Assembly (NCBI GenBank): GCA_965261115.1
Contig: OZ253447.1
Span: forward strand, 1,977,656-2,041,655
Direction of reading: 5' to 3'
DNA: 64,000 nt
Origin: Candidatus Poribacteria bacterium
GTDB taxonomy: Bacteria; Poribacteria; WGA-4E; WGA-3G
The translations under genes and the position numbers were made by a program. This document shows positions 37,810-47,478 of the stretch, piece after piece; the first letter of the stretch is position 1, and each line of letters opens with the position of its first letter. Under the pieces are notes generated by a model, which was not told the DNA's origin, did no database searches, and was given only the letters and a program-made list of their open reading frames with translations.

Positions 37810-38649
37810 ATGCAACCAACATCCACAAAACTTATTACGCGCTGGGCAGGGACCGAACCCACTAAGGTAGAAGATGAATTGGTTGTCGAAGAACCGCTTG
37901 AAATCCGCGTCGGACAACAGAGTCTTATCGTTGTGATGCGAACCCCAGGACACGATTTTGAACTCGCAGCCGGCTTTCTTTATACCGAAAGCCTCATAAC
38001 TCGCAGCGATGACATCGAAATCATTGCATATTGCGATGAAGAGGCTACGCAGACACAGGATGGCGGCTTAGCGTCGTACCGAAATATCGTCAACGTTCAG
38101 CTCACGAATGAACTGGATCTTGACGCACAAGCCGGATGGCAGCGCAACTTTCACGCGAATGCAAGCTGCGGACTCTGTGGCAAGATGACGATTGAATCTG
38201 TTAAACAACAGGTGTCCCCGCTGAATTCGAGGTTCTCTATGAATCAAGCGGTGCTCTATCAACTCAATGACCGACTCAGGGCAGCACAATCGGTTTTTGA
38301 ACGGACGGGCGGACTTCACGCCGCCGGGTTATTCAGTGAAACAGGTGAACTCCTGATCGTCAGAGAGGACATCGGTAGACACAACGCTGTAGATAAAGTT
38401 ATCGGGCAAGCGTTGTTGGCTGACATGGTGCCACTTGAGCGTCATATTTTGATGGTAAGCGGGCGCGCCAGTTTTGAGATTGTCCAAAAGGCACTCTTTG
38501 CGCGTATCCCGGTTATTGTCGCTGTTTCTGCTGCGTCTACGCTTGCCGTTGATCTCGCAGCGGAAGGAAACCTGACCTTAATCGGGTTCATGCGCGGACA
38601 GCGTATGGCAGTCTATACGTGCCCAGAGCGAATTTCTTGTGAGGCGTGA
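37810..38649 (+). CDS. fdhD: Formate dehydrogenase accessory sulfurtransferase FdhD
   Basis: EEPLEIR, MRTPG.D.ELAAGFL, SCGLCG, TGGLHAA, EDIGRHNAVDK. Confidence 0.95.
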   Translation: MQPTSTKLITRWAGTEPTKVEDELVVEEPLEIRVGQQSLIVVMRTPGHDFELAAGFLYTESLITRSDDIEIIAYCDEEATQTQDGGLASYRNIVNVQLTNELDLDAQAGWQRNFHANASCGLCGKMTIESVKQQVSPLNSRFSMNQAVLYQLNDRLRAAQSVFERTGGLHAAGLFSETGELLIVREDIGRHNAVDKVIGQALLADMVPLERHILMVSGRASFEIVQKALFARIPVIVAVSAASTLAVDLAAEGNLTLIGFMRGQRMAVYTCPERISCEA

Positions 38650-38745
38650 AAAAACGAAGAGAGGTGTGTGGACAAGTTTTTGCTATCTTTTTCGGAGTGT
38701 ATGTCTCTATAATAGCAAGTAAGACTTAAAAGGAGAGAAATTCTT

Positions 38746-39030
38746 ATGTTAGGCATTTTGAACGGTATCCAAGGGCTTGTCAACCTCCTATTTTTCTTGG
38801 TTATTGCTGGCACTCTGGGGGTTTCGTGGTTGTACGCACATCGGTTGCAAAAACAGTACGGCGCGGAATTTCCGTGGGGAAAAACAGCAGGCATTGTAGG
38901 GATCGAAGTCCTACTTTGGATCGGATTTAACTTATTTTGGGAAATCTTTGAAGCACTCTGGTTGCCAATTGTGATTGTTGCTATTATCGTGATTGTGCTA
39001 ATCTCGCGAAAAAAGCGAAAATATGTCTGA
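38746..39030 (+). CDS. Small three-TM membrane protein
   Basis: AGGAG RBS; three hydrophobic segments and a basic tail. Confidence 0.7.
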   Translation: MLGILNGIQGLVNLLFFLVIAGTLGVSWLYAHRLQKQYGAEFPWGKTAGIVGIEVLLWIGFNLFWEIFEALWLPIVIVAIIVIVLISRKKRKYV

Positions 39031-39133
39031 CAGAAATGGCTGTGATGGGTCAGTAGTCTTGCATTCTGGCCCATCCATTTTTCTGCAGCGTTTTGCCCCC
39101 CAGGCCCGGTAGGTGCGTGTTTCTAACCGCACC

Positions 39134-39400
39134 ATAAGTGTCAATTTAAGAAGAAATAACTGCCTCGGTCACCATATCCGGTAGGTTCGGTTTTGCGGCG
39201 TACACGCCCAAATGCGACCTGCATTCCTAACCGAACCGGATACTACGCGGAAACCCTGAGGACTTCAAAAACCTCTTGAATCCCGTAGGGATGGTATGTT
39301 TATAGCAGCGTTTTCAACCAAAAAACCCAAGCCCCGTAGGGGCGGTATGTTTATATCGGTGTTACAAAATACTGTGAAAAATCGCTAAATTGACACCTAT
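39134..39400. mobile_element. MITE family 1
   Basis: Family-1 TIRs; both flanks carry the variant GGTGCGTGTTTCTAACCGCACC (22 bp). Confidence 0.85.
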
Positions 39401-39535
39401 GGTGCGTGTTTCTAACCGCACCGGGTCCCTAAAAGAAGACGTAAAACCCGAGGATTTCTTAAAACTAAATGACCCTACACAGGAGCAGGCATTCCTCCCA
39501 AGTATAAATACTTGGGTTTCCTGCCCGAAGGTTAG

Positions 39536-39808
39536 ATGAAAGTGCATGAGTTCACACTCATTTTAACGACTGAACCTACTGAGGAAGAGGCTGATAGGTT
39601 ATTTGGCGTTTTTAACGATGCGACACTCGCTACAAGTGTCGGTGTTCCGCAAATTCGCTTTCACCGGGAAGCTTCATCCTTGGAAGAGGCTATTGATTCT
39701 GCCCTGATGAATGTTACAGAATCAGGTTTTGAGGTTATCCGTATCGAAATTGAGCCTCAGGTAGTGACCCAAAGCACGCATCGGCTCCAAAACCAAGTCG
39801 CTACCTAA
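39536..39808 (+). CDS. Small hypothetical protein
   Basis: 90-aa ORF with ferredoxin-like alternation (HEFTLIL...FHREASSLEEAIDSA). Confidence 0.65.
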   Translation: MKVHEFTLILTTEPTEEEADRLFGVFNDATLATSVGVPQIRFHREASSLEEAIDSALMNVTESGFEVIRIEIEPQVVTQSTHRLQNQVAT

Positions 39809-39907
39809 ATTTTCTAAGATTGAAGCCAGCTATCGCAAATAGGGGCGAGCGTATAGTCATAGTGGTTTGTCTATTGATGCCCCGCAGCTGATGAGAGGGA
39901 AAACATA

Positions 39908-40960
39908 ATGCGTCGAACAGGGAGAGCCGTGGTCGCGTGCGGCAAGGATTTTGAGATTCGTGAATACCCGGTGCCTGAACCTGAACCTAACACCGTGCTA
40001 CTCCGTCAAGAGTTAGCGGGAATTTGTGGAACAGACCTACATAATTGGCAGAACGGCTTCCAACAAGAAGTTTTGTTGGGGCATGAAAATGTCGGCATTA
40101 TTGAAGCACTCGGTGAAGGTGTCGAAACCGATTATGTCGGTAAACCGGTGGAAGAAGGCGACCGGGTTATCTTTGCACCCGGAACAAACTACGGTGCCTA
40201 CGGCTTCCAGTGGAATCCGGATGAAGCACCACACTTTCGCGGCGGGTTTGCGGATTATATGTATCTCAACTACCCGAATACCTGTTTTATGAAAACTGAT
40301 GCTTCGCCTGAGGTGGCTGTGCTCACAGAGCCTTTTACTGTCGGTGTTCATGCCGCAATGCGGGGTGAAATTAAACTCGGTGATACCGTCGTCGTGCAGG
40401 GTTCAGGTGCTATTGGACTCGTAACGCTTGCGTGCGCGAAATTGAGCGGTGCAGCGAAAGTGATTATGGTCGGCGGACCCGCCGGACGATTGGAACTCGC
40501 GAAACGCCTCGGTGCCGATGTAACAATAGATATTGAAGAAGTCACCGCTGTTGAAGAACGGACGGAACTTGTGAAAGCTGAAACGCCGCGGGGTGAAGGG
40601 GCGGATGTCGTCTTTGAATGCGCAGGTTTTCTCCCCGCCACGCCAGAAGGATTGGGGTACACCCGACGCAGCGGCACCTTTGTTGAAGTCGGCCACTTCG
40701 TGGATATGGGGTCAATTGACTTTAATATCAACCAGTTGCTGATGCGAAAAAATCTTCGCGTTGAGGCAATTTGGGGAAGCAGTTACGAACACTTTGTCCG
40801 CGGTTTACCCCTCCTTGAGCAGAGCGGATTGCCTTTCGCCGACATGATTAGTCACCAACTGCCACTCTCACAGGTTGAGGACGGTTTTAAAGCACTTGAT
40901 GGCGGCTATCGTATTAAGGGTGAAACAGCGATCAAAATAGCAGTTCGAGCTGAAGAATAA
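39908..40960 (+). CDS. Zinc-binding medium-chain alcohol/polyol dehydrogenase
   Basis: GICGTD, GHE, GSGAIG; lacks the four-Cys structural zinc lobe. Confidence 0.88.
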   Translation: MRRTGRAVVACGKDFEIREYPVPEPEPNTVLLRQELAGICGTDLHNWQNGFQQEVLLGHENVGIIEALGEGVETDYVGKPVEEGDRVIFAPGTNYGAYGFQWNPDEAPHFRGGFADYMYLNYPNTCFMKTDASPEVAVLTEPFTVGVHAAMRGEIKLGDTVVVQGSGAIGLVTLACAKLSGAAKVIMVGGPAGRLELAKRLGADVTIDIEEVTAVEERTELVKAETPRGEGADVVFECAGFLPATPEGLGYTRRSGTFVEVGHFVDMGSIDFNINQLLMRKNLRVEAIWGSSYEHFVRGLPLLEQSGLPFADMISHQLPLSQVEDGFKALDGGYRIKGETAIKIAVRAEE

Positions 40961-41013
40961 AGTAGTAGGCACGCGCCGCGTGCCGTACACCAAGTATAGA
41001 GGAGATAGAACTG

Positions 41014-42033
41014 ATGGCAAAAACATATCGCATTGGCTTCGCATCCCTTGTGCATGACCACGTCTGGGGCGAACTTCGCCACTGGAAGGCACACCCAAAC
41101 GTTGAAATCGTCGCAGCAGGCGATGTCAATGCGGAATTACGCACACAATTTAATAACGAAACCGGGGTCGAGAACATCTATGACTCTTGGCAAGAGATGA
41201 TAGCGAAAGAGGAATTGGACATCGTCCAAGCATCGGCGGAGAACAACGCTGGAGCCGACATCGTTGAAGCTGCAGCAGCGAAGGGTATCCACGTCGTTTC
41301 AGAAAAACCGATGGCGGCACGCCTCTCACAAGCGGACCAGATGCTTGTCGCCGCTGAGAAGGCTGGCACCTTATTGATGGTGAATTGGCCCACGGCATGG
41401 AGTCCCGCACTCAATACGGCGATGCATCTCATCAAGGACGGTGCTATCGGCGACGTTTTCTACTTTAAGTGGCGTTCTGCACACAACGGACCGAAAGAAA
41501 TCGGGTGTTCGCGGTATTTCTACGAATGGCTCTACGATGAAGAAAAAAACGGGGCTGGCGCGTTGATGGATTACTGCTGTTATTGTGCCGATATGTGCGC
41601 TTACCTCCTCGGCCTACCCCAACAGGTCACTGCTTTCCGCGGCACTTTCGTCAAAGACTATCCGATCCCAGATGATAACGCTGTCATCGTCATGAAATAC
41701 GGGAACGCTTTCGGAATCACGGAAGCCTCTTGGACCCAAAAGGTCGGTTATGTTACACCGAATCCTGTGGTTTATGGCACTGAAGGGGCGTTGATGGTAA
41801 GTGGTAACGAAGTACATCTGCATCCAGCAGGCAAAGATGCCGAAGTGGTAACCCCTGAGCAGCTCCCGGAAGGACAACGCAACGCGGCGGAGTACTTTAT
41901 TCACTGTTTGGAGACTGGCACCCCCGTTGAAGGTTTGTGCAGTCCTAAAGTCAGTCGCGATGCCCAAGAAATCCTTGAAGCAGGCTTGGTATCCGCAGAT
42001 AGTGGCCAGGTCGTCAACTTACCGATGGCTTAA
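41014..42033 (+). CDS. Gfo/Idh/MocA oxidoreductase
   Basis: HVVSEKPMA, GAGALMDY, DDNA motifs. Confidence 0.9.
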   Translation: MAKTYRIGFASLVHDHVWGELRHWKAHPNVEIVAAGDVNAELRTQFNNETGVENIYDSWQEMIAKEELDIVQASAENNAGADIVEAAAAKGIHVVSEKPMAARLSQADQMLVAAEKAGTLLMVNWPTAWSPALNTAMHLIKDGAIGDVFYFKWRSAHNGPKEIGCSRYFYEWLYDEEKNGAGALMDYCCYCADMCAYLLGLPQQVTAFRGTFVKDYPIPDDNAVIVMKYGNAFGITEASWTQKVGYVTPNPVVYGTEGALMVSGNEVHLHPAGKDAEVVTPEQLPEGQRNAAEYFIHCLETGTPVEGLCSPKVSRDAQEILEAGLVSADSGQVVNLPMA

Positions 42034-42041
42034 ATCATCAA

Positions 42042-42225
42042 TAGGACTTACGCATTGCCTCTGAAAGTCCCCCTGATAAGGGGGATTTAGGGGGTTTAAA
42101 TTAAAGTCCCCTTGATAAGGGGCGGTAAATGCCATAAGGCATTCATACCGTTGATTCTGATTCTTTAGGGGGTTTAAATTAAAGTCCCCCTGATAAGGGG
42201 GATTTAGGGGGTTGCATAAGTCCTG
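42042..42225. mobile_element. MITE family 4 (TIR (T/C)AGGACTTACGCA, 5-6 bp TSD)
   Basis: ATCAA|TAGGACTTACGCA...TGCATAAGTCCTG|ATCAA. Confidence 0.7.
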
Positions 42226-42279
42226 ATCAATATGGGTGCGCTGAGAACCACCCTACAACACTGGAGAAATGATACTTCG

Positions 42280-43041
42280 ATGAGTAATAGAGTTCCGATT
42301 GCATTACAATTGTATTCCGTCAGAGACGATTGCGCTGGCGATTTCTCTTTAACCCTACAAGCCGTCGCACAGATGGGATATGAAGGCGTTGAGTTTGCGG
42401 GTTACTATGACCGGACTGCCGAAGAATTACGAGACATGTGTGATGACCTTGGATTGAAAGTTGCCGGGACGCATACCGGATTGAACACGCTTCTCGGTGA
42501 TGAACTTGCCAAAACGGTTGCGTTTAACCAGACGCTCGGTAACCCTTACCTCATTGTGCCGGGGTTATCCGAAGAATATCGCAATTCGCAGCAGGCGTGG
42601 CGCAACACAGCAAAAATCTTTAACGACATCGCCGAAAAAATTGCCGACCAAGGGATGTTTGCCGGTTACCACAACCATACCGTCGAATTTGAAACATTGG
42701 AAGGTGAAGTTCCCTGGGATACGTTCGGAAGTAACACCCGCGATGATGTCGTGATGCAAATTGATATCGGGCATACACTTCGCGCCGGTGCTGATCCTGT
42801 GTCGTTTATTGAACGCTATCCGGGTAGATCGAAACTGGTACACATCAAAGAATACGCCAGCACGAATAACGAGGCACTCATCGGCGAAGGTGAGATCCCT
42901 TGGGACGATGTGTTCCATGCCTGCGAGACCGTCGGCGGCACCGAGTGGTACATTGTTGAGCAGGAAAGTTATCCCTACCCACCGATTGAGTGCGCTGAAC
43001 GTTGTATTGACGCACTACGAAAGATGGGAAAAATTTCTTAA
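42280..43041 (+). CDS. Sugar phosphate isomerase/epimerase (xylose isomerase-like TIM barrel)
   Basis: LQLYSVRD, GYEGVEFAG, YHNH..EF, DIG, HIKE, IVEQE; ATG 42280 after GGAG. Confidence 0.9.
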   Translation: MSNRVPIALQLYSVRDDCAGDFSLTLQAVAQMGYEGVEFAGYYDRTAEELRDMCDDLGLKVAGTHTGLNTLLGDELAKTVAFNQTLGNPYLIVPGLSEEYRNSQQAWRNTAKIFNDIAEKIADQGMFAGYHNHTVEFETLEGEVPWDTFGSNTRDDVVMQIDIGHTLRAGADPVSFIERYPGRSKLVHIKEYASTNNEALIGEGEIPWDDVFHACETVGGTEWYIVEQESYPYPPIECAERCIDALRKMGKIS

Positions 43042-43078
43042 TTAGGACTTACGTAGCTCCCCTTGCAGGCGGGGTTTG

Positions 43079-43227
43079 ATGAAGTTTAAGAAAATAACTC
43101 GGTAATCCCCAGGCCGGTAGGGTTTTTGATAGGGGTATTTGATAGGGTGTTTCTGCGGATTTCTTCACGGTTTGGAACCGCACCGGGCTTCACCAAGAAA
43201 TTACCGAATTAAAAAATTAATCTTCAG
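43079..43227. mobile_element. MITE family 2 with flanks from two different hairpins
   Basis: GCAGGCGGGGTTTG|ATGAAG...CTTCAG|TTAGCCTGTGC. Confidence 0.65.
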
Positions 43228-43303
43228 TTAGCCTGTGCCGTAGGGGTTTCTGAGTTCGGAAGATGTATAAGAAATTAAGGAATCCACTATAAAATCCAAA
43301 AAT

Positions 43304-44044
43304 ATGTTAACACCTAAAGGACAGCGACCTACCCGTCGTTCTGATAGTGTTGAATCAGATCTTTTGCTCTGGTGGGAAGACTTCTACGTCCCCGTTTTCG
43401 AGTATGTTCTCCCGAAAATGGGGACTTTGGAAGGAAAAAAAGTGCTGGAATTAGGTGCTGGAACAGGTGGCACTGCAACGCTGTTAGCGAAACGCGGTGC
43501 ATCTGTTGTCGGGATTGATCTACTCCCTTTTCGACTCGCTGAAGCACAGGCGCGAGCATCGGAACACAACGTCGCTGCGTCGGTCGATTTCGCGCTGATG
43601 GACGCGATGCACCTCGCCTTTCCTGACAATACCTTCGACTTTGTTATCTCCAAATCTGTATTGGTATTTACAGAGCATGCACAGACTGCGAAAGAGTGTT
43701 ACCGCGTCCTCAAGCCGGGAGGAAAGGCGATCTTCATGGAAAACATGCGTTATCACCCAATGGTCTGGTTATATCGCAAAGTATTTCTGAAGTATTCCGG
43801 CAAGTTACGCTATTTCTCAGTTCGAGATATTGAGACAGTCGGTGCTGAATTTGAGAGGTTGGAACACCGTGAGTTTCATCTCTCAGCGGTGAGCGCGCTG
43901 TTCTGGCAAAAGTGCCTGTCTATTCCAACGCTTTATAGAGCATCCCTCTGTCTCCTCAAAGCGATTGATACATCTCTCCTAAAATGCCTCCCCTTCCTCA
44001 AACGGCTATGCTGGATCACAGCGATGATCTGCCACAAAGATTAG
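43304..44044 (+). CDS. Class I SAM-dependent methyltransferase
   Basis: VLELGAGTG, VVGID, FPDNTFD, RVLKPGG. Confidence 0.9.
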   Translation: MLTPKGQRPTRRSDSVESDLLLWWEDFYVPVFEYVLPKMGTLEGKKVLELGAGTGGTATLLAKRGASVVGIDLLPFRLAEAQARASEHNVAASVDFALMDAMHLAFPDNTFDFVISKSVLVFTEHAQTAKECYRVLKPGGKAIFMENMRYHPMVWLYRKVFLKYSGKLRYFSVRDIETVGAEFERLEHREFHLSAVSALFWQKCLSIPTLYRASLCLLKAIDTSLLKCLPFLKRLCWITAMICHKD

Positions 44045-44145
44045 GTGGCTATCAGCATTCAGCACTCAAAAACCTAATTATTTTAGGATTTATGCATTTG
44101 CTCTGAAAGTCCCCCTGATAAGGGGGATTTAGGGGGTTAAAAACT

Positions 44146-44287
44146 CAGGGCTATTTAGTTCTGGGTTTTTCCGTCCAATTTTGGACCCCCAGGCCCGGTA
44201 GGTGCGGTTTGGAACTGCACCGGGCTTGAGAAGGCAGATTCCAAAATTTAGAGAATCCGATAATTTATCTAAAACTAAATAGTCCTG
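44146..44287. mobile_element. MITE family 3
   Basis: CAGGGCTATTTAGTT...AACTAAATAGTCCTG; flanks GTTAAAAACT/GTTTAAAACT. Confidence 0.75.
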
Positions 44288-44309
44288 GTTTAAAACTAAT
44301 ATATTATTT

Positions 44310-44411
44310 TAGGATTTATGCATTTGCTCTGAAAGTCCCCCTGATAAGGGGGATTTAGGGGGTTTAAAACTAAAAAATCCACTATCGCAGGTTAAATTTG
44401 CGTAAGTCCTG
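44310..44411. mobile_element. MITE family 4
   Basis: TATTT|TAGGATTTATGCA...TGCGTAAGTCCTG|TATTT; left part duplicated at 44084. Confidence 0.65.
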
Positions 44412-44477
44412 TATTTCATCAAATCTATTACCAGCAATTGTGAGATGAAATCAGTCTCCGAGAACACGGAATTGTAG

Positions 44478-45272
44478 CTATCCATATTTCAACCAATTGT
44501 CGAAAAGCGGTTTGAGTCGATCCGGAAGGCTTCCCAGAAAATTAGGTTCATTGAGCCACGCCTGACTCGTCGGACTTTCTGGATTTGCGGGTTCGTTCTC
44601 CGGCGGTGCGGTGAGAACCGCATAGTGAAGCGTTTGCCGTTTTGAGCCGTCAATATTGTAGCCTTTGTGGAGTATACTTGAATTATAAAAAACGATGTCC
44701 CCGGCTTTCAGTTTGACAACAAGTTGATTCGGCATCGCTGCCTTGGGTGTCTGCTGTATGACTGCACGTTCAGCATCCATGAGTTCGCGGCGATGGCTAC
44801 CCGGAACGATGTAAAGCGTCTCATCGTCATAGAGGGCACCGTTGAGTTGCACGTGGTTCCGCAGCCGACCCATCAGCGTTTCAAGCGGCACTTCTCCGTC
44901 TGGGGCGGAATCTCGGTGCCAATTGATATGATACGGTTTCCGTTCAGAACTGACGAGAAGCGTGCAGAGGTGATACCTTAACCTTTTACCGATCAGTGCT
45001 TCAATTACATCCAATATCTGTGGATGTGCAAGCGCGTTCACGAGTGCCTGCTCACGAATGCTCGGATGAAAAATGTTATTGACACCCCAGCTGTCGTCGC
45101 GTTCACCATCTATATAGCGTAGGTGATCGGCGTGTAAACCTTCAACGCGACACTTATGGAGGATACGCTCAATCGCACGCTGATAGGCTTGGATATCTGT
45201 TGGAGAAAGCGCGCCTTTACGGATGATATAACCGTTTTCAACAAACGAGTCGATTTCTGAACGGGTTAACAT
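44478..45272 (-). CDS. Phytanoyl-CoA dioxygenase family (PhyH) protein
   Basis: F.ENGY, WHRD, IVPGSHR, LKAGD.VF....LH.G motifs. Confidence 0.9.
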   Translation of the reverse strand: MLTRSEIDSFVENGYIIRKGALSPTDIQAYQRAIERILHKCRVEGLHADHLRYIDGERDDSWGVNNIFHPSIREQALVNALAHPQILDVIEALIGKRLRYHLCTLLVSSERKPYHINWHRDSAPDGEVPLETLMGRLRNHVQLNGALYDDETLYIVPGSHRRELMDAERAVIQQTPKAAMPNQLVVKLKAGDIVFYNSSILHKGYNIDGSKRQTLHYAVLTAPPENEPANPESPTSQAWLNEPNFLGSLPDRLKPLFDNWLKYG

Positions 45273-45307
45273 TGTAGTTTCCTCACAATATATGGCGAGC
45301 CCTAAGT

Positions 45308-45440
45308 CAGGGCTATTTAGTTCTCGGTTTTTTCGTCCAATTTTGGACCCCCCAGGACCGGTAGGTGCGTGTTTCTAACCGCACCGGATCTGTAACAGAA
45401 AGCATAAAACCCGCGAATTTCTTAAAACTAAATCACCCTG
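45308..45440. mobile_element. MITE family 3 with perfect 10-bp TSD
   Basis: AGCCCTAAGT|CAGGGCTATTTAG...CTAAATCACCCTG|AGCCCTAAGT. Confidence 0.85.
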
Positions 45441-45444
45441 AGCC

Positions 45445-45831
45445 CTAAGTCGAGTTGGTTGGACAGTAAAGGTCATTAAACTCAATCTCATTTCCATCTG
45501 GATCGAAGATGAAGAAAGCATGACATTTGCCGCGTGGGTCATCAAAATCAAAAGGTCCGCGAGTCCGATAGGGCAGAGCGGCAAATTGTTCAACGAGTTC
45601 GTTAATCCGTTTGGTGCTTGTCACAAAGGCGAAGTGCATCGGTCCACCTGCATCATGTCCAGGGCTCCCGGCTTCCTTGAGGACAAGATGTCCGTTTTCT
45701 AAGTAGATATAAAGCTGCCGATTGTTCCGTTCTATCACTTCAAATCCGAGCCGATCTCGATAAAACTTCGCTGCACGCTCAAGGTCTGCGACTTTAACAA
45801 ACACTTCCCCAATACCGTAATAACCATCCAT
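45445..45831 (-). CDS. VOC/glyoxalase family protein
   Basis: VADLERAAKFYRDRLGF, HFAF, DPDGNEIE. Confidence 0.9.
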   Translation of the reverse strand: MDGYYGIGEVFVKVADLERAAKFYRDRLGFEVIERNNRQLYIYLENGHLVLKEAGSPGHDAGGPMHFAFVTSTKRINELVEQFAALPYRTRGPFDFDDPRGKCHAFFIFDPDGNEIEFNDLYCPTNST

Positions 45832-45854
45832 TCTGTGTTCCCTCCGATATTGTG

Positions 45855-47000
45855 TTATTGTGGTGTCTCCGCGTGATACACTAACGCGCCACCGATAATT
45901 GTGGCTATCAGATTGATTTTATATTCTGCCGCGTCCCATTCAAAAAGAATGAGGTTTGTTTCTGATTCTACGTGTGCTTTCGCGTCGAGCAGATGCATCG
46001 GTTGTAGCGTCGCGAGCGATACTGCTTCTTTAAGCGAGATGCCCGCGAATCGGACACTATTTTCGATACCGCGCGCTAATTCAATAGCGGAACCAGCGAG
46101 ATATTCTGTACCAACGAGACGGACACACCGTTCCGCAGTCAACTCCACCGATTTTCCCGCAAACGCATAGATACCCGGTTCCATGCCTGCCAAAGCGACA
46201 GCATCGCTGACGAGAACGCATCGGTCAAGCGTCTTCGCACGCATCATTGACTTGGCAACAGAAGGTGGGAGGTGATGTCCATCGACGATAAGGCTTGCCC
46301 AGAGTTCATCGGCACCAAGCTGCTCCCAAATGTAATTCGGATGCCGCCGAATTAAGGCGTGCGCCCCATTGCCGAGGTGTGTGGAGAGTTTCGCACCAGC
46401 ATCAATCGCCGCTCGGATATCCTCCGCTGAAGCGTTCGTATGTCCCAATGCGACGACAACCCCATTTGCAACCAGTTTTTCAATAAACGGAATAGCATTC
46501 TTTTTCTCAGGTGCAAGCGTTACGATAGAGATTTGACCTTCGGCGATGGCCTGCCACCGTTGAAATTCATCCCAATCCGGGTCTCTGACGTGTTCCAATG
46601 GATGTGCACCGCGCGGACCGTCTTCAGCAGAGATATAGGGGCCTTCAAGATGAATCCCAAGTACAGAGTGCGCAACCAATGCGTCTGTTTTACACGCGTC
46701 TACAATGGCACGAAACGAATTGCATATCCCGTCAAAAGAACCGGTCACAACTGTCGGACACAAGAAACCCGTGCCGACACGCCAGAGGGCACGCACCATC
46801 GCGCAGACATCCACTGATGTGACAGTAGCAGTGTTAAGATCAAACCCTGCGAAGCCGTTCACCTGAATGTCTATCGGAGCAGGCGCGATCTGTATGTCGC
46901 TATCGGCGGCAGCGACTTCACGAACTGACTGAACGCGGTCATCGGCGATAGTGATTTCAACAGGTATGTTATTGAAAAGTGTATGTCCACTGAATTGCAT
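45855..47000 (-). CDS. nagA: N-acetylglucosamine-6-phosphate deacetylase
   Basis: DIQVNG, GIHLEGPY, RGAH, TLAPE, GHT, THLGN, DGHH, SDA, LAGS; start probably ATG 47000. Confidence 0.88.
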   Translation of the reverse strand: MQFSGHTLFNNIPVEITIADDRVQSVREVAAADSDIQIAPAPIDIQVNGFAGFDLNTATVTSVDVCAMVRALWRVGTGFLCPTVVTGSFDGICNSFRAIVDACKTDALVAHSVLGIHLEGPYISAEDGPRGAHPLEHVRDPDWDEFQRWQAIAEGQISIVTLAPEKKNAIPFIEKLVANGVVVALGHTNASAEDIRAAIDAGAKLSTHLGNGAHALIRRHPNYIWEQLGADELWASLIVDGHHLPPSVAKSMMRAKTLDRCVLVSDAVALAGMEPGIYAFAGKSVELTAERCVRLVGTEYLAGSAIELARGIENSVRFAGISLKEAVSLATLQPMHLLDAKAHVESETNLILFEWDAAEYKINLIATIIGGALVYHAETPQ

Positions 47001-47094
47001 ATAATGCGTAAGTCCTGAAAAATAAAGATTTCTCAAGGGTTCCGAACGTATCTTCTATGATACTTGAAAAACGGTTTATTACCAAGAAAAAAGG

Positions 47095-47351
47095 CAGGGC
47101 TATTTAGTTCTCGGTTTTTTCGTCCAATTTTGGCCCCCAGGCCCGGTAGGTGCGGTTTGATGAAGTTTAAAAAAATAAATCGGTAATTCTATATTTTCCC
47201 CAGGCCCGGTAGGTGCGGTTTGGAACCGCACCGGACTTCACCAAGAAATTACCGAATTAATAAATTAATCTTCATGAACCGCACCGGATTTGAAAAAGAA
47301 GATTCAAAAATTTAGAAAATCCGATAATTTATCTAAAACTAAATAGTCCTG
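47095..47351. mobile_element. MITE family 3 with nested family-2 element (47160..47275)
   Basis: CAGGGCTATTTAG...CTAAATAGTCCTG; internal REP split as GTGCGGTTTG|ATGAAG...CTTCAT|GAACCGCAC. Confidence 0.8.
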
Positions 47352-47478
47352 GAAAAAAGAGTTGCATTTTTGAGCGAAATTCGGTTAAAGTATACTAAAG
47401 CATATCTGAACCAGTTTACGAAATCACCGTCACACAAGCATCTACTGACAAAACCAACAATTGGATGTGGAGGACACA

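Noticed and set aside
37810-38649. fdhD ending SCEA-TGA as another Sec read-through
   Set aside because: FdhD is complete at normal length; no SECIS-like hairpin or continuing homology follows.
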